Source: Candidatus Omnitrophota bacterium
Lineage (GTDB): Bacteria; Omnitrophota; Gorgyraeia; Zapsychrales; JANLHA01
Assembly: GCA_031423615.1 (NCBI GenBank)
Contig: JANPFV010000104.1
Coordinates: forward strand, 32,170-96,169
DNA length: 64,000 nt
Reading direction: 5' to 3'
The stretch's first letter is position 1; each line of letters opens with the position of its first letter. Both the position numbers and the translations under genes were made by a program. Positions 18,737 to 28,383 of the stretch are shown here, piece by piece. The notes under the pieces were generated by a model, which ran no database searches, had not been told where the DNA came from, and was given only the letters and a program-made list of their open reading frames with translations.

Positions 18737-19455
18737 GTCAGGGCAAACCGGTTTATAAAAGCATTCTTTTGAAATTGAGCGGCGAAGCCATGATGGGCAA
18801 ATTTGATCACGGCATCGACGCAGAAATGTGCGCGGCTTTGGCGGGGCAAATCAAGGAAGTCGTCGGCATGGGAGTCACGGTCGCTTTGGTTGTTGGCGGA
18901 GGAAATATTTTTCGTGGGCAAGTGGCTTCTAAAAGTTTTGGTTTAGACCGGTCGGTGGCGGATTATATGGGCATGCTGGCGACTGTTTTAAATGGCTTGG
19001 CTTTACAAAACGCTTTGGAGAAAATCGGCGTCCAGACCCGAGTGATGTCGGCGATTCAAATGCACCAGGTGGCAGAACCGTATATCCGCCGTCGGGCTAT
19101 GCGGCATCTGGAAAAAAAGCGGGTGGTTATTTTCGTCGCCGGGACAGGAAACCCCTTTTTTACGACCGATACCACGGCCGCTCTGCGGGCTGCGGAAATG
19201 GAAGCGGATGTTATTATGAAAGCCACAAAAGTCGACGGCATTTATTCCGCAGACCCGATGGTCGATAAAAAAGCCACAAAGTTTCCCGAATTGAAGTTTA
19301 TAGACGTTTTAAAAAAGAAATTGAAAGTCATGGATTTGACGGCGATCAGTATGTGCATGGACAATAATGTGCCGATTGTGGTTTTTGATATCAATAAGCC
19401 GGGCAATATCAAGAGGGCTGTATTAGGCGAAAAAATTGGAACGATTGTTCATTAA
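18733..19455 (+). CDS. pyrH: UMP kinase
   Basis: [32 protein letters not shown]. Confidence 0.98.
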   Translation: MSQGKPVYKSILLKLSGEAMMGKFDHGIDAEMCAALAGQIKEVVGMGVTVALVVGGGNIFRGQVASKSFGLDRSVADYMGMLATVLNGLALQNALEKIGVQTRVMSAIQMHQVAEPYIRRRAMRHLEKKRVVIFVAGTGNPFFTTDTTAALRAAEMEADVIMKATKVDGIYSADPMVDKKATKFPELKFIDVLKKKLKVMDLTAISMCMDNNVPIVVFDINKPGNIKRAVLGEKIGTIVH

Positions 19456-19469
19456 AGAAGGATTTTGTT

Positions 19470-20030
19470 ATGATCAAAGACATTGTGAAAGAAACATCGG
19501 GTAAGATGCTCAAGGCTTTAGAGTCCGTCCAGCGGGAATTTATGGAAGTCCGCACGGGTCGCGCACATCCGGGTCTCATCGAAGGGATGCACATCGATTA
19601 TTATGGCACTCCTACGATGATCAAAACAATCGCTTCGATTTCTATTCCCGATCCCAAGACCATCATTATCCAGCCGTGGGACGCGAACGCTCTTCCCGAA
19701 ATTGAACGGGCGATCAATATGTCCAAGCTGGGAGTCTCTCCGATCATCGACGGTAAATTGGTCCGTTTGATGATCCCTTCGCTTTCTAAAGAACGGCGCG
19801 AGGAGCTGGTCAAGGTGGTTAAGGACATGGCTGAGCACGGGAGGATTTCTTTGCGGACCATCCGCCGCGATGCCAATGAGCGGATCAAAAAAGTGCAAAG
19901 TGAAGGAAAAGTCTCTGAGGATGATTCATTTCGTGCTCAGGAAGAAGTCCAGAAGTTGACGGATAAATATATTAAGGAAGTTGACCAGGTTCTTGAAGAA
20001 AAAAATAAAGAGCTGGCTGAGTTTAAATAA
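19470..20030 (+). CDS. frr: ribosome recycling factor
   Basis: VRTGRA.P, DYYGTPT, IQPWD, ERREELVK, IRRDAN. Confidence 0.98.
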   Translation: MIKDIVKETSGKMLKALESVQREFMEVRTGRAHPGLIEGMHIDYYGTPTMIKTIASISIPDPKTIIIQPWDANALPEIERAINMSKLGVSPIIDGKLVRLMIPSLSKERREELVKVVKDMAEHGRISLRTIRRDANERIKKVQSEGKVSEDDSFRAQEEVQKLTDKYIKEVDQVLEEKNKELAEFK

Positions 20031-20035
20031 ATTTT

Positions 20036-20111
20036 GACCCACTAGCTCATCAGGTAGAGCACAGCCCTTTTAAGGCTGGTGTGCCGCGTTCGAGTCGCGG
20101 GTGGGTCACCA
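20036..20111 (+). tRNA. tRNA-Lys(UUU)
   Basis: acceptor GACCCAC/GTGGGTC, D arm GCTC/GAGC, anticodon arm CAGCC-CTTTTAA-GGCTG, T loop TTCGAGT, encoded CCA. Confidence 0.96.
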
Positions 20112-20219
20112 ATATTTTTATTGCGTGCCCGGGCCAGTGACGAAGCCCCTTTTGTGGGACGCATCAGATCAAGAGAAGTTTTAACGTTCGTAGAGTATTA
20201 ATTTTGTAGAGAGCTCCAC

Positions 20220-20300
20220 GGGCGGATGGCGGAATGGTAGACGCGCATGTCTTAGGAACATGTGAGGAGACTCGTGGAGGTTCAAGTCCTCTTCCGCCCA
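20220..20300 (+). tRNA. tRNA-Leu(UAG)
   Basis: acceptor GGGCGGA/TCCGCCC, anticodon arm CATGT-CTTAGGA-ACATG, long variable arm, T loop TTCAAGT; CCA not encoded. Confidence 0.95.
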
Positions 20301-20301
20301 T

Positions 20302-20353
20302 ATGTGATTTAGGAAGGTCATCTAGGAATGTAATTTGGGAATGTGATTGAGGA
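20302..20353 (+). repeat. 4 x 13-bp imperfect tandem repeat, consensus ATGTGATTTAGGA
   Basis: ATGTGATTTAGGA, AGGTCATCTAGGA, ATGTAATTTGGGA, ATGTGATTGAGGA lie head to tail. Confidence 0.8.
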
Positions 20354-20389
20354 GTGGAGGTTCTCCCAGAATTTAGTTCTTTCTATTTT

Positions 20390-20463
20390 GCGGCGGTAAT
20401 TCAGTTGGCTAGAATGCGACCTTGCCAAGGTCGATGTCATGGGTTCAAATCCCATCCGCCGCT
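20390..20463 (+). tRNA. tRNA-Gly(GCC)
   Basis: acceptor GCGGCGG/CCGCCGC, anticodon arm CGACC-TTGCCAA-GGTCG, T loop TTCAAAT, U discriminator. Confidence 0.95.
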
Positions 20464-20495
20464 TATTTCTTTTTCTAAGTATTAAGGAGCCCCAC

Positions 20496-20966
20496 ATGAA
20501 GATCAGCGAATTTCTCTGCACCAAAGCCGTAACATCCGACCTCAAAGCGACGACCAAAAAAGAAGTAATAGAAGAACTCGTTGACCTCTTGGTCAAGGCT
20601 GGCGCAATTGAAAAGAAAATCCGGAACAAACTTGTTGAAACTCTCATGGTCCGCGAGGCCTTGGGCTCGACGGCCATTGGACAGGGTGTCGCCATTCCGC
20701 ACGGGAAATGTGAAAGTGTCACCAAGTTGACAGCCGCGTTGGGAATCAGCAAAAAAGGCATAGACTTTGATTCTTTGGACGGTGAGCCTGCTTATATCTT
20801 TTTTCTTTTAGCGGCGCCGATTGATTCAGCCGGACCTCACCTCAAAGCCTTGCAAAGGATCACCCGTCTGCTCAAAGACAAATACTTCCGGGAAAACTTT
20901 AAATCCGCTAAGGATGAGAAGGTCATTTTGGCGCTATTGACTCAAGACGACGGCCAGACCGTATAA
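20496..20966 (+). CDS. ptsN: PTS EIIA (Ntr/fructose-type)
   Basis: RE.LGSTAIGQGVAIPH, GIDFDSLDGEP, HLKAL; SD AAGGAG. Confidence 0.88.
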   Translation: MKISEFLCTKAVTSDLKATTKKEVIEELVDLLVKAGAIEKKIRNKLVETLMVREALGSTAIGQGVAIPHGKCESVTKLTAALGISKKGIDFDSLDGEPAYIFFLLAAPIDSAGPHLKALQRITRLLKDKYFRENFKSAKDEKVILALLTQDDGQTV

Positions 20967-20973
20967 CTTTTCT

Positions 20974-22212
20974 ATGCCCAGCAATTTGTTAAAGTGGCTG
21001 TATCCCGGCATGAGAATAAAAAGGTGGCTTTCGATTGCCGCCAGCGGTGTTCTCATTGTGGCATTCGGATCATTGGCCGCCGGAGCTCCGTATTGGCAAG
21101 TGCGTAGTCTCGGCGTCATTATCCTCATTTGCGGAATCACTTTAATCGTTTTAGGAATAGGAAAGCTGATTGTTTCTTTTATCACGCTTTTTCTTCCTGA
21201 AGGAGAACGAGAACTCGTTAATATTTTGTACGAAAAGCGTTTTCTTGAGCGGGGCCCCAAAATTGTCACGGTTGGCGGCGGACATGGATTATCGAATCTT
21301 TTGTTGGGGTTAAAAGATTATACCGCTAATTTAACGGCGATTGTGACCGTAGCCGACAGCGGGGGATCTTCCGGACGATTGCGCGAGGAGTTTAATATTG
21401 TCGCCCCGGGTGATATTCGCAATTGTCTTGTGGCTTTGGCCGACGCTCCCAAATTGATGGGCGAGCTTTTTCAGTTTCGTTTTTCCACTGCCTCCCAGTT
21501 AGACGGGCATAATTTCGGAAATTTATTTTTGACGGCGATGGTGCAGGTCACCGGTGATTTTGAAATGGCCGTCAAGGAGTCGAGTAAGGTCCTGGCGATC
21601 CGGGGACATGTTGTTCCGGCGACGGTGAGCAATGTCCAGCTTGTCGCGGAATACGAAGACGGCAGCATTACGGAAGGCGAAGCCCAAATCCCTAAGCCGG
21701 GATTACGCATCAAACAGGTTTTTTTAAAACCGGATGATCCTTTGCCGACCCAGGACGCGCTGGATGCCATTGAACAGGCGGAAGTGATTATTCTTGGCCC
21801 GGGAAGTCTTTATACCAGTGTTATTCCAAATCTTTTGATCAAGAAAATTAGCGAATATATCTCCAAGTCCAAGGCATACAAAATTTATGTTTGCAATGTC
21901 ATGACCCAGCCCGGAGAAACGGATCATTATTCGGCCAATGAACACTTGGAAGCTATTGTCAACCATTCGAGCCCCCAGATATTAAATGCGTGCTTGGTGA
22001 ATTCCACGGAAGTGCCTTTGGAAGCCCGTGAACGTTACGAAATGGCGGGAGCTTCCCCGGTGACGGCCGATATGCAAAGAATTGAAGCCATGGGCATCAC
22101 GGCGGTGGGTACGGATCTTTTGAGTGTCAATGATTATGTCCGTCATGATTCGCAAAAGTTGACCAAGGCCTTGATCACGCTTATCGAAAAAAACCGCGTG
22201 ATCAAAAGGTAA
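20974..22212 (+). CDS. yvcK: YvcK/GlmR-family protein with N-terminal TM segments
   Basis: KWLYPGMRIKRW, GGGHGLS, TAIVTVADSGGSSGRLR, PGDIRNC, GPGSLYTS, NVMTQPGET. Confidence 0.9.
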   Translation: MPSNLLKWLYPGMRIKRWLSIAASGVLIVAFGSLAAGAPYWQVRSLGVIILICGITLIVLGIGKLIVSFITLFLPEGERELVNILYEKRFLERGPKIVTVGGGHGLSNLLLGLKDYTANLTAIVTVADSGGSSGRLREEFNIVAPGDIRNCLVALADAPKLMGELFQFRFSTASQLDGHNFGNLFLTAMVQVTGDFEMAVKESSKVLAIRGHVVPATVSNVQLVAEYEDGSITEGEAQIPKPGLRIKQVFLKPDDPLPTQDALDAIEQAEVIILGPGSLYTSVIPNLLIKKISEYISKSKAYKIYVCNVMTQPGETDHYSANEHLEAIVNHSSPQILNACLVNSTEVPLEARERYEMAGASPVTADMQRIEAMGITAVGTDLLSVNDYVRHDSQKLTKALITLIEKNRVIKR

Positions 22213-22219
22213 GACACTT

Positions 22220-22483
22220 ATGCCACGGATTGAAAAGGAGATTATTGTAAGAAGCCAACAGGGCCTGCATGCCCGGCCTGCCGCGCTTTTTGTCCAGACG
22301 GCCGTCAAATATGATGCCAGTCTCAATATTAAAAAGGACGAGGAGACCGTCAATGGGAAGTCTATCATGGGAATCTTGATGCTGGGTATTCAGTGCAACA
22401 CTCCTATTATCCTTATCGCCGAGGGAGACGATGCCGAAGCTTTGATCGCGGAGCTGGAAGCATTTTTAAGCAAAGATGAATGA
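22220..22483 (+). CDS. ptsH: phosphocarrier protein HPr
   Basis: GLHARPAA (His15), NGKSIMG (Ser46). Confidence 0.95.
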   Translation: MPRIEKEIIVRSQQGLHARPAALFVQTAVKYDASLNIKKDEETVNGKSIMGILMLGIQCNTPIILIAEGDDAEALIAELEAFLSKDE

Positions 22484-24242
22484 ACTTGTTTTAAAAGGTG
22501 TTCCGGCCGCTCCGGGGATTGCTATCGGGTCCGCTTATATCATTGACAAGCAGGACGTGATTATCCCTCCGCGTGCGATTTTGGAAAAGGAAATTCCCAT
22601 TGAAATCGCCCGCTTTGAAGAAGCCCTTCTTAAGACCCGCGAGCAAATTTCCGCATTAAAGAAAAAAATCAGCGACGAAATCGGCAGTCAGCACGCCCAG
22701 ATTTTTGACGCCCACCTTTTGGTCCTTGAAGATCGCATGTTAATCGAAGACGTTGTCAAGAAAATCCGCACCGACAAGCAATCGGCGGAATATGTTTTTT
22801 CGAATGTTTTTAAAAAATACATCAAGGTTTTCGCCAATATTGAAGATGAATATTTGCGCGAGCGATCCAGCGATGTGAATGATATTGCTCGACGGGTGCT
22901 TAAAAATCTCATCGATGAAACGCGCTATACCCACGAGCTGGAAAATCTTTCCGAAGAACTGGTCATTATCGCCCACGATCTTTCTCCGTCGGATACGGCG
23001 AGCATGTTCAATAAAAATGTCCTGGCTTTTGCCACCGACATCGGCGGCCGCACGTCTCATACCGCGATCATGGCCAAATCCTTAGGGGTGCCTGCCGTAG
23101 TCGGCCTTAAGGACGCGACCTTGCGCATCAGTAATCAGGATATGGTCATTGTCGATGGTCGGATGGGTTTAGTCATTGTCCATCCGCAGGAGAAAACTTT
23201 AAACATCTATCGCGCGGAAAAAACCCGTATCCTTTCCATGCGTCACCGTTTTGACGACATTAAAGATTTGCCGTCGGAAACCAAGGACGGCCGGAAGCTG
23301 GACGTTTGTGCCAACCTTGAACTTCCGGAGGAAATCCCGATGATTCTGACTCGCGGCGCGGCCGGAATCGGATTGTATCGCACGGAATATTTTTATATGA
23401 ATCGGGTTGATCTTCCCAATGAGGAAGAGCAGTTTAATGCTTATAAGAAAGTCGCACAATCCATGTCGCCGCTTCCGGTCACAATCCGGACCCTTGATCT
23501 CGGCGGGGACAAATTCATTTCCAGTTTACAGATTCCCCGTGATATGTATCCTTTTTTGGGCTGGCGAGCTTTGAAATTTTGTCTGGAACGGCCTGATATT
23601 TTTGAGACCCAGCTGAGAGCTATTTTGCGGGCATCGTATTATGGTAAGGTACGGATGATGTATCCTATGGTTTCCGGCCCGGGAGAATTTAGAAGTGTCA
23701 ATGTTGTTTTAGAACGGGTGAAAAATAATTTACGAAAAGAGAAGGTCCCTTTCGATGAGGAAATGGAAGTCGGAGCGATGATCGAGGTCCCTTCTGCAGC
23801 GATGACATCCGATATTCTAGCCAAAGAGGCCAAATTCTTCAGTATCGGAACCAATGATCTTATTCAATACACCTTGGCCATCGACCGCGTCAATGAGCAG
23901 ACCGCGGCGTTTTATGAACCTTGTCATCCCGCTGTTTTGCGTTTGATCCAGCGTACGGTTGAGGCCGGACACAAGGAAAACATCAAGGTGGCTCTTTGCG
24001 GGGAAATGTCGAGTGAGCCGATTTATGCGCTTATTTTGCTGGGTTTGGAACTTGATGAATTCAGTATGTCGCCGGGAAATATTTTACAAGTCAAAAAGAT
24101 GATCCGCAGCGTCAGTTTTCATGACGCCAAGGAATTGGCGCAAAGGGCCTTGCAGCTGACCACCGGGCAAGAGATTGAGGAGCTTTGCCGGAGCCGGTTA
24201 CAGGAACTGGCCCCTAATATTTTTAACACCGACGGATCTTGA
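22476..24242 (+). CDS. ptsI: PTS enzyme I
   Basis: GGRTSHTAIMA, GIGLYRTE, IRTLDLGGDK, FSIGTNDLIQY, LCGEM. Confidence 0.96.
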   Translation: MNELVLKGVPAAPGIAIGSAYIIDKQDVIIPPRAILEKEIPIEIARFEEALLKTREQISALKKKISDEIGSQHAQIFDAHLLVLEDRMLIEDVVKKIRTDKQSAEYVFSNVFKKYIKVFANIEDEYLRERSSDVNDIARRVLKNLIDETRYTHELENLSEELVIIAHDLSPSDTASMFNKNVLAFATDIGGRTSHTAIMAKSLGVPAVVGLKDATLRISNQDMVIVDGRMGLVIVHPQEKTLNIYRAEKTRILSMRHRFDDIKDLPSETKDGRKLDVCANLELPEEIPMILTRGAAGIGLYRTEYFYMNRVDLPNEEEQFNAYKKVAQSMSPLPVTIRTLDLGGDKFISSLQIPRDMYPFLGWRALKFCLERPDIFETQLRAILRASYYGKVRMMYPMVSGPGEFRSVNVVLERVKNNLRKEKVPFDEEMEVGAMIEVPSAAMTSDILAKEAKFFSIGTNDLIQYTLAIDRVNEQTAAFYEPCHPAVLRLIQRTVEAGHKENIKVALCGEMSSEPIYALILLGLELDEFSMSPGNILQVKKMIRSVSFHDAKELAQRALQLTTGQEIEELCRSRLQELAPNIFNTDGS

Positions 24243-24257
24243 TTAAGGACGATACTC

Positions 24258-24998
24258 ATGAAAGCTCTCATTTTAGCTGCGGGTTACGGGACACGGTTGG
24301 CTTCCATCGCCGCAAATACACCTAAACCTTTATTGCCGGTTAACCATCAACCTTTGATCAATTACATCGTCGATAAATTGCGGGGCCTGCCGGATTTAAA
24401 CGAGCTGCTTGTTATCACCAATGAAAAGTTTCATACGCATTTTGAATTGTGGGCCAAGGGCCTGCAAAAAAATTTTCCCGTTCCTATTAAAATTATTAAT
24501 GATGGGACGACGACTCCCGAAGGTCGGCTGGGATCGGTGGGTGACATTAATTTTACGATCAAAAAAACCGGCTTAAGCGACGATTTGTTTGTCCTTGGGG
24601 GAGACAATCTATTTGATTATCAACTCAATGATTTTGTAACTTTTGCTTCAAAAAAACGTTCAGCGGTGACCATTGGGCTGTATGATATCCACGATTTGAA
24701 GGAAGCTCATATGTACGGGGTTGTAGAAATCGGACCCGACGGGAAATTGGTATCTTTTGAAGAAAAACCGGAAAAGCCAAAATCCACTTTGATTTCGATG
24801 TGTTGCTATTATTTTCCTAAGGGAACATTACCCTATCTTCCCCAGTATGAGAAAGTATCGGGCAAAATGGATAAGGCGGGAGAATATATTCGCTGGGTCA
24901 GTGAAGAAAAAGAGGTTTACGGTTTTACTTTTTCCGGAAAATGGTATGATATCGGAAGTATTGAATCCTATAAAGAAGCTCAAGAGAATTTTAAGTAG
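24258..24998 (+). CDS. sugar-phosphate nucleotidyltransferase family protein
   Basis: ILAAGYGTRL, PKPLL, GGDN, FEEKP, WYDIG. Confidence 0.88.
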   Translation: MKALILAAGYGTRLASIAANTPKPLLPVNHQPLINYIVDKLRGLPDLNELLVITNEKFHTHFELWAKGLQKNFPVPIKIINDGTTTPEGRLGSVGDINFTIKKTGLSDDLFVLGGDNLFDYQLNDFVTFASKKRSAVTIGLYDIHDLKEAHMYGVVEIGPDGKLVSFEEKPEKPKSTLISMCCYYFPKGTLPYLPQYEKVSGKMDKAGEYIRWVSEEKEVYGFTFSGKWYDIGSIESYKEAQENFK

Positions 24999-25060
24999 TC
25001 CCCAGCCACAAGGGCGAGGGAATCCATTTAATGGCTGAACCATGAAAGGATGGTTGTCAG

Positions 25061-26263
25061 ATGAAAGGAAAGTATTTTATTACATCAGAATCCGTAGGGA
25101 ACGGTCACCCGGATAAAGTTTGCGATCAAATTTCAGATTCGATTTTGGATGCGGTTTTAAGGGAAGATCCCAAAGGCCGTGTGGCTTGCGAAACTTTTAT
25201 TACCGCCGGTTTGGTCATCGTGGGTGGTGAAATCACGACGTCGACCTATATCGATGTGCAAAAATTGGTTCGAAAGGTTTTAAGCGGCATCGGCTACACG
25301 GATATCAAATATGGTTTTAGCGCCGATACCTGCGCCATATTAAACGCTATTAACGCTCAATCTCCGGATATTTCCCAAGGGGTCGACACCGGCGGAGCCG
25401 GAGATCAAGGCATCATGATCGGTTATGCGTGTGATGAAACCCCGGAACTCATGCCGCTTCCTATCATGCTCGCCCACAAATTGGTTCGCCGCGTTGAAGA
25501 AGTTCGCACCAAGGGGATTTTGGATTATCTGGGCCCGGATTGTAAAAGTCAGGTCACCGTCGAGTATAAAGATGGAATTCCTCAGCGCATCGATACGGTT
25601 GTTTTAGCCTGCCAGCACTTAGAAAAAATCTTGGACAAAACCGGCAAGTTCATCACGCAAGAAGCTAAAAAGGAAATCATCAAAGTCATTGCTATGCCCA
25701 TCGTCGGCAAAATGATCGACGCCAAAACAAAATTCTTCGTCAATGAAACCGGCAAGTTCGTTGTCGGCGGGCCGCAGTCGGACACCGGTGTGACCGGCCG
25801 CAAGATCATTGTCGATACTTACGGCGGAGTTGTTTCACACGGCGGCGGGGCTTTTTCCGGTAAGGATCCGACCAAGGTTGACCGTTCCGCAACCTATATG
25901 GCCCGCTATGTGGCCAAAAACATTGTGGCGGCCGGTTTAGCGAAGCGTTGCTGGATACAAATCGGATACGCCATTGGTGTGGCTGAGCCGGTCAGCGTTA
26001 TGGTCGATACTTTCGGTACAGGGAACATTGCTGATGAGGCTTTGACCGATTTGGTCCGCAAGTATTTTGATATGACCCCGCGGGCCATTATTAAGGAATT
26101 GGATTTGCAAAAGCCAGTTTATCAAAGGACGGCCGCTTACGGCCATTTTGGGCGGGAAGAATTCACATGGGAAAAAACGGACAAGGCCGCTACGCTTAAA
26201 AAGGCGGCAAATCCAACACCCGTCGCTGCATCGTCTAAAAAAAAAGATAAAGTTTTAGTTTAG
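25061..26263 (+). CDS. metK: S-adenosylmethionine synthetase
   Basis: [43 protein letters not shown]. Confidence 0.98.
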   Translation: MKGKYFITSESVGNGHPDKVCDQISDSILDAVLREDPKGRVACETFITAGLVIVGGEITTSTYIDVQKLVRKVLSGIGYTDIKYGFSADTCAILNAINAQSPDISQGVDTGGAGDQGIMIGYACDETPELMPLPIMLAHKLVRRVEEVRTKGILDYLGPDCKSQVTVEYKDGIPQRIDTVVLACQHLEKILDKTGKFITQEAKKEIIKVIAMPIVGKMIDAKTKFFVNETGKFVVGGPQSDTGVTGRKIIVDTYGGVVSHGGGAFSGKDPTKVDRSATYMARYVAKNIVAAGLAKRCWIQIGYAIGVAEPVSVMVDTFGTGNIADEALTDLVRKYFDMTPRAIIKELDLQKPVYQRTAAYGHFGREEFTWEKTDKAATLKKAANPTPVAASSKKKDKVLV

Positions 26264-26337
26264 GAGAAATCATGGAAGACACTCAAACCGTACCTGCGGC
26301 AAACCGGACCGCGAATTATACAAAAAGGGAAGTTCGC

Positions 26338-27594
26338 ATGAAGTATGACGTCAAAGACATCAATTTAGCTAAAAAGGGGAAACTACGCATCGAATGGGCG
26401 TTTAAGGATATGCCGGTTTTGTCTTTGATTGAGCAGCGTTTTGAAAAAGAAAAACCTTTAAAGGGATTGCGAGTTGCGGCCTGTTTGCATGTCACGACGG
26501 AAACAGGAAATCTGGCCCGCGTTTTAAAAGCTGGCGGGGCGGATGTTTTTATTTGCGCCTCGAATCCTTTATCCACCCAAGACGACGTTGCCGCTTCTCT
26601 CGTCAAGGATTATGGTATTCCCACCTTTGCCATTAAAGGAGAAGATACCAAAACATATTACAGTCATTTGAACGCGGTGTTAGACAGCCGCCCGAATTTG
26701 ACGATGGATGATGGGGCAGACTTGGTTTCAGAAATCCATCAAAAGCGTAAAGATCTTTTAAAGGATATTCTGGCCGGAACCGAGGAAACCACGACGGGCG
26801 TTATCCGTTTAAAGAGTCTGGAAAAGAGTAAACTGTTGATGTATCCCATCATTGCGGTCAATGATGCCTTAACCAAACATTTTTTTGATAACCGTTATGG
26901 AACCGGCCAATCCACATTAGATGGAATCATCCGTGCAACCAATCGTTTGGTTGCCGGCTCCAGTTTTGTCGTTTGCGGTTACGGCTGGTGCGGCCGCGGT
27001 GTGGCGATGCGTGCGTCGGGTTTAGGGGCACGCGTTATTGTGACCGAGGTTGATCCGCTAAAGGCGTTGGAAGCGGTCATGGATGGTTATGATGTCATGC
27101 CGATCAAGGAGGCTGCAAAAATTGGTGATTTTTTTGTCACGGTAACAGGCGACATTAACGTCATCCGTGCCGAGCACATGGCGACAATGAAAGAAGGGGC
27201 CATTATGTGCAACTCCGGGCACTTCAATGCTGAACTTGATATCGCCGGTTTGGAAAGAATTACGAAATCTCGTCGGATGATCCGAGATTATGTGGAAGAA
27301 TTCTCGTTAAAGAATGGTAAAAATATTTATCTTTTAGGAGAGGGACGCCTGATTAACCTCGCATCGGCGGAAGGACATCCGGCTTCGGTCATGGACATGA
27401 GCTTTGCCAATCAAGCTTTGGCTTCGGAATTTGTCGCCATGAATTATAAAAAGCTTGACAAGAAAGTTTACAGTGTTCCCCAAGATATTGATCAAAATAT
27501 TGCGAAACTTAAGTTGAAGGCCTTGGGTATTAAGATCGACGTTTTGACGCCGGAACAAAAGAAATATCTTTCCAGCTGGGAGATGGGCACCTAA
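26338..27594 (+). CDS. ahcY: adenosylhomocysteinase (alternative in-frame start at 26272)
   Basis: [57 protein letters not shown]. Confidence 0.97.
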   Translation: MKYDVKDINLAKKGKLRIEWAFKDMPVLSLIEQRFEKEKPLKGLRVAACLHVTTETGNLARVLKAGGADVFICASNPLSTQDDVAASLVKDYGIPTFAIKGEDTKTYYSHLNAVLDSRPNLTMDDGADLVSEIHQKRKDLLKDILAGTEETTTGVIRLKSLEKSKLLMYPIIAVNDALTKHFFDNRYGTGQSTLDGIIRATNRLVAGSSFVVCGYGWCGRGVAMRASGLGARVIVTEVDPLKALEAVMDGYDVMPIKEAAKIGDFFVTVTGDINVIRAEHMATMKEGAIMCNSGHFNAELDIAGLERITKSRRMIRDYVEEFSLKNGKNIYLLGEGRLINLASAEGHPASVMDMSFANQALASEFVAMNYKKLDKKVYSVPQDIDQNIAKLKLKALGIKIDVLTPEQKKYLSSWEMGT

Positions 27595-27612
27595 AGGAGA
27601 GTTTTAGATTCA

Positions 27613-27659
27613 AAAACACCGTTCTTGCGAGTCTGTATCGCGGGGGCGGTGTTTTCTTT
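27613..27659 (+). terminator. intrinsic terminator after ahcY
   Basis: AAAACACCGTTCTTGCGA / TCGCGGGGGCGGTGTTTT stem followed by a T-rich tract. Confidence 0.75.
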
Positions 27660-27705
27660 AATTTCGCTACTACTCATTTTTCCATTTGAAATGAGGGATA
27701 AAAAA

Positions 27706-28383
27706 ATGAAGATTTTATTAGTTGAGGATGACAAACAAACGGCGCGATTTATCCTTAAGGGCCTGAAACAGGAAGGGTATTTTGTTAACCATGCTGAAAA
27801 TGGCGAAGATGGACTTTACTCTGCCGAGATGGAAAATTATGATTTAGCGATTGTTGACATCATGATACCCAAGCTCGATGGGCTCAAAATGGTTGAACAA
27901 TTACGCAAAAAGAAAATTCTTACCCCCGTTATTATTCTGAGTGCTAAAAATAGCGTCGATGACCGTATCCGCGGATTACAGATGGGCGGCGATGATTATT
28001 TAGTCAAGCCCTTTGCCTTTGCGGAATTATTGGCACGAATTAAGGCTATTGTTCGGCGGAGCAACTCCAAAGCAGAGACGACCATTCTGCAGGTTGGCGA
28101 TTTAATTCTAGATATCGTCAAACGGAAAGTTTTTCGCGAGAGTAAGGAAATCACCCTTCCTGTTGGAGAGTTTCTTTTGCTTGAATATTTGATGCAAAAT
28201 GCGGGAAGGGTCGTTTCCAAGACCATGATTATTGAAAATGTTTGGAGTTATCACTTTGACCCGGAAACAAATGTCATTGAAGCGCGTATCAGCCGATTGA
28301 GAAGCAAAATCGACCAGTCTTTTAAGAAAAAACTTTTGCACACCGTGCGGGGATTTGGATATGTTGTGGAAGAAAGGGAATAA
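27706..28383 (+). CDS. OmpR-family response regulator, heavy-metal (CusR/CzcR-like) type
   Basis: MKILLVEDD, DIMIPKLDG, GDDYLVKPFAF, winged helix FDPETNVIE...LLHTVRGFGY. Confidence 0.9.
   Translation: MKILLVEDDKQTARFILKGLKQEGYFVNHAENGEDGLYSAEMENYDLAIVDIMIPKLDGLKMVEQLRKKKILTPVIILSAKNSVDDRIRGLQMGGDDYLVKPFAFAELLARIKAIVRRSNSKAETTILQVGDLILDIVKRKVFRESKEITLPVGEFLLLEYLMQNAGRVVSKTMIIENVWSYHFDPETNVIEARISRLRSKIDQSFKKKLLHTVRGFGYVVEERE

Noticed and set aside
20302-20353. 13-bp repeats as a CRISPR array
   Set aside because: Units are head to tail with no spacers, too short, and no cas genes are present.
20318-20761. 147-aa minus ORF and the 20439 N-terminal extension of ptsN
   Set aside because: They overlap tRNA-Gly; the real ptsN start at 20496 has SD AAGGAG.
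25044-25063. calling the metK leader a canonical SAM-III (SMK) riboswitch
   Set aside because: Only GAAAGGATGG...CAGATG resembles it; the downstream pairing elements are absent, so it is reported only as a candidate.
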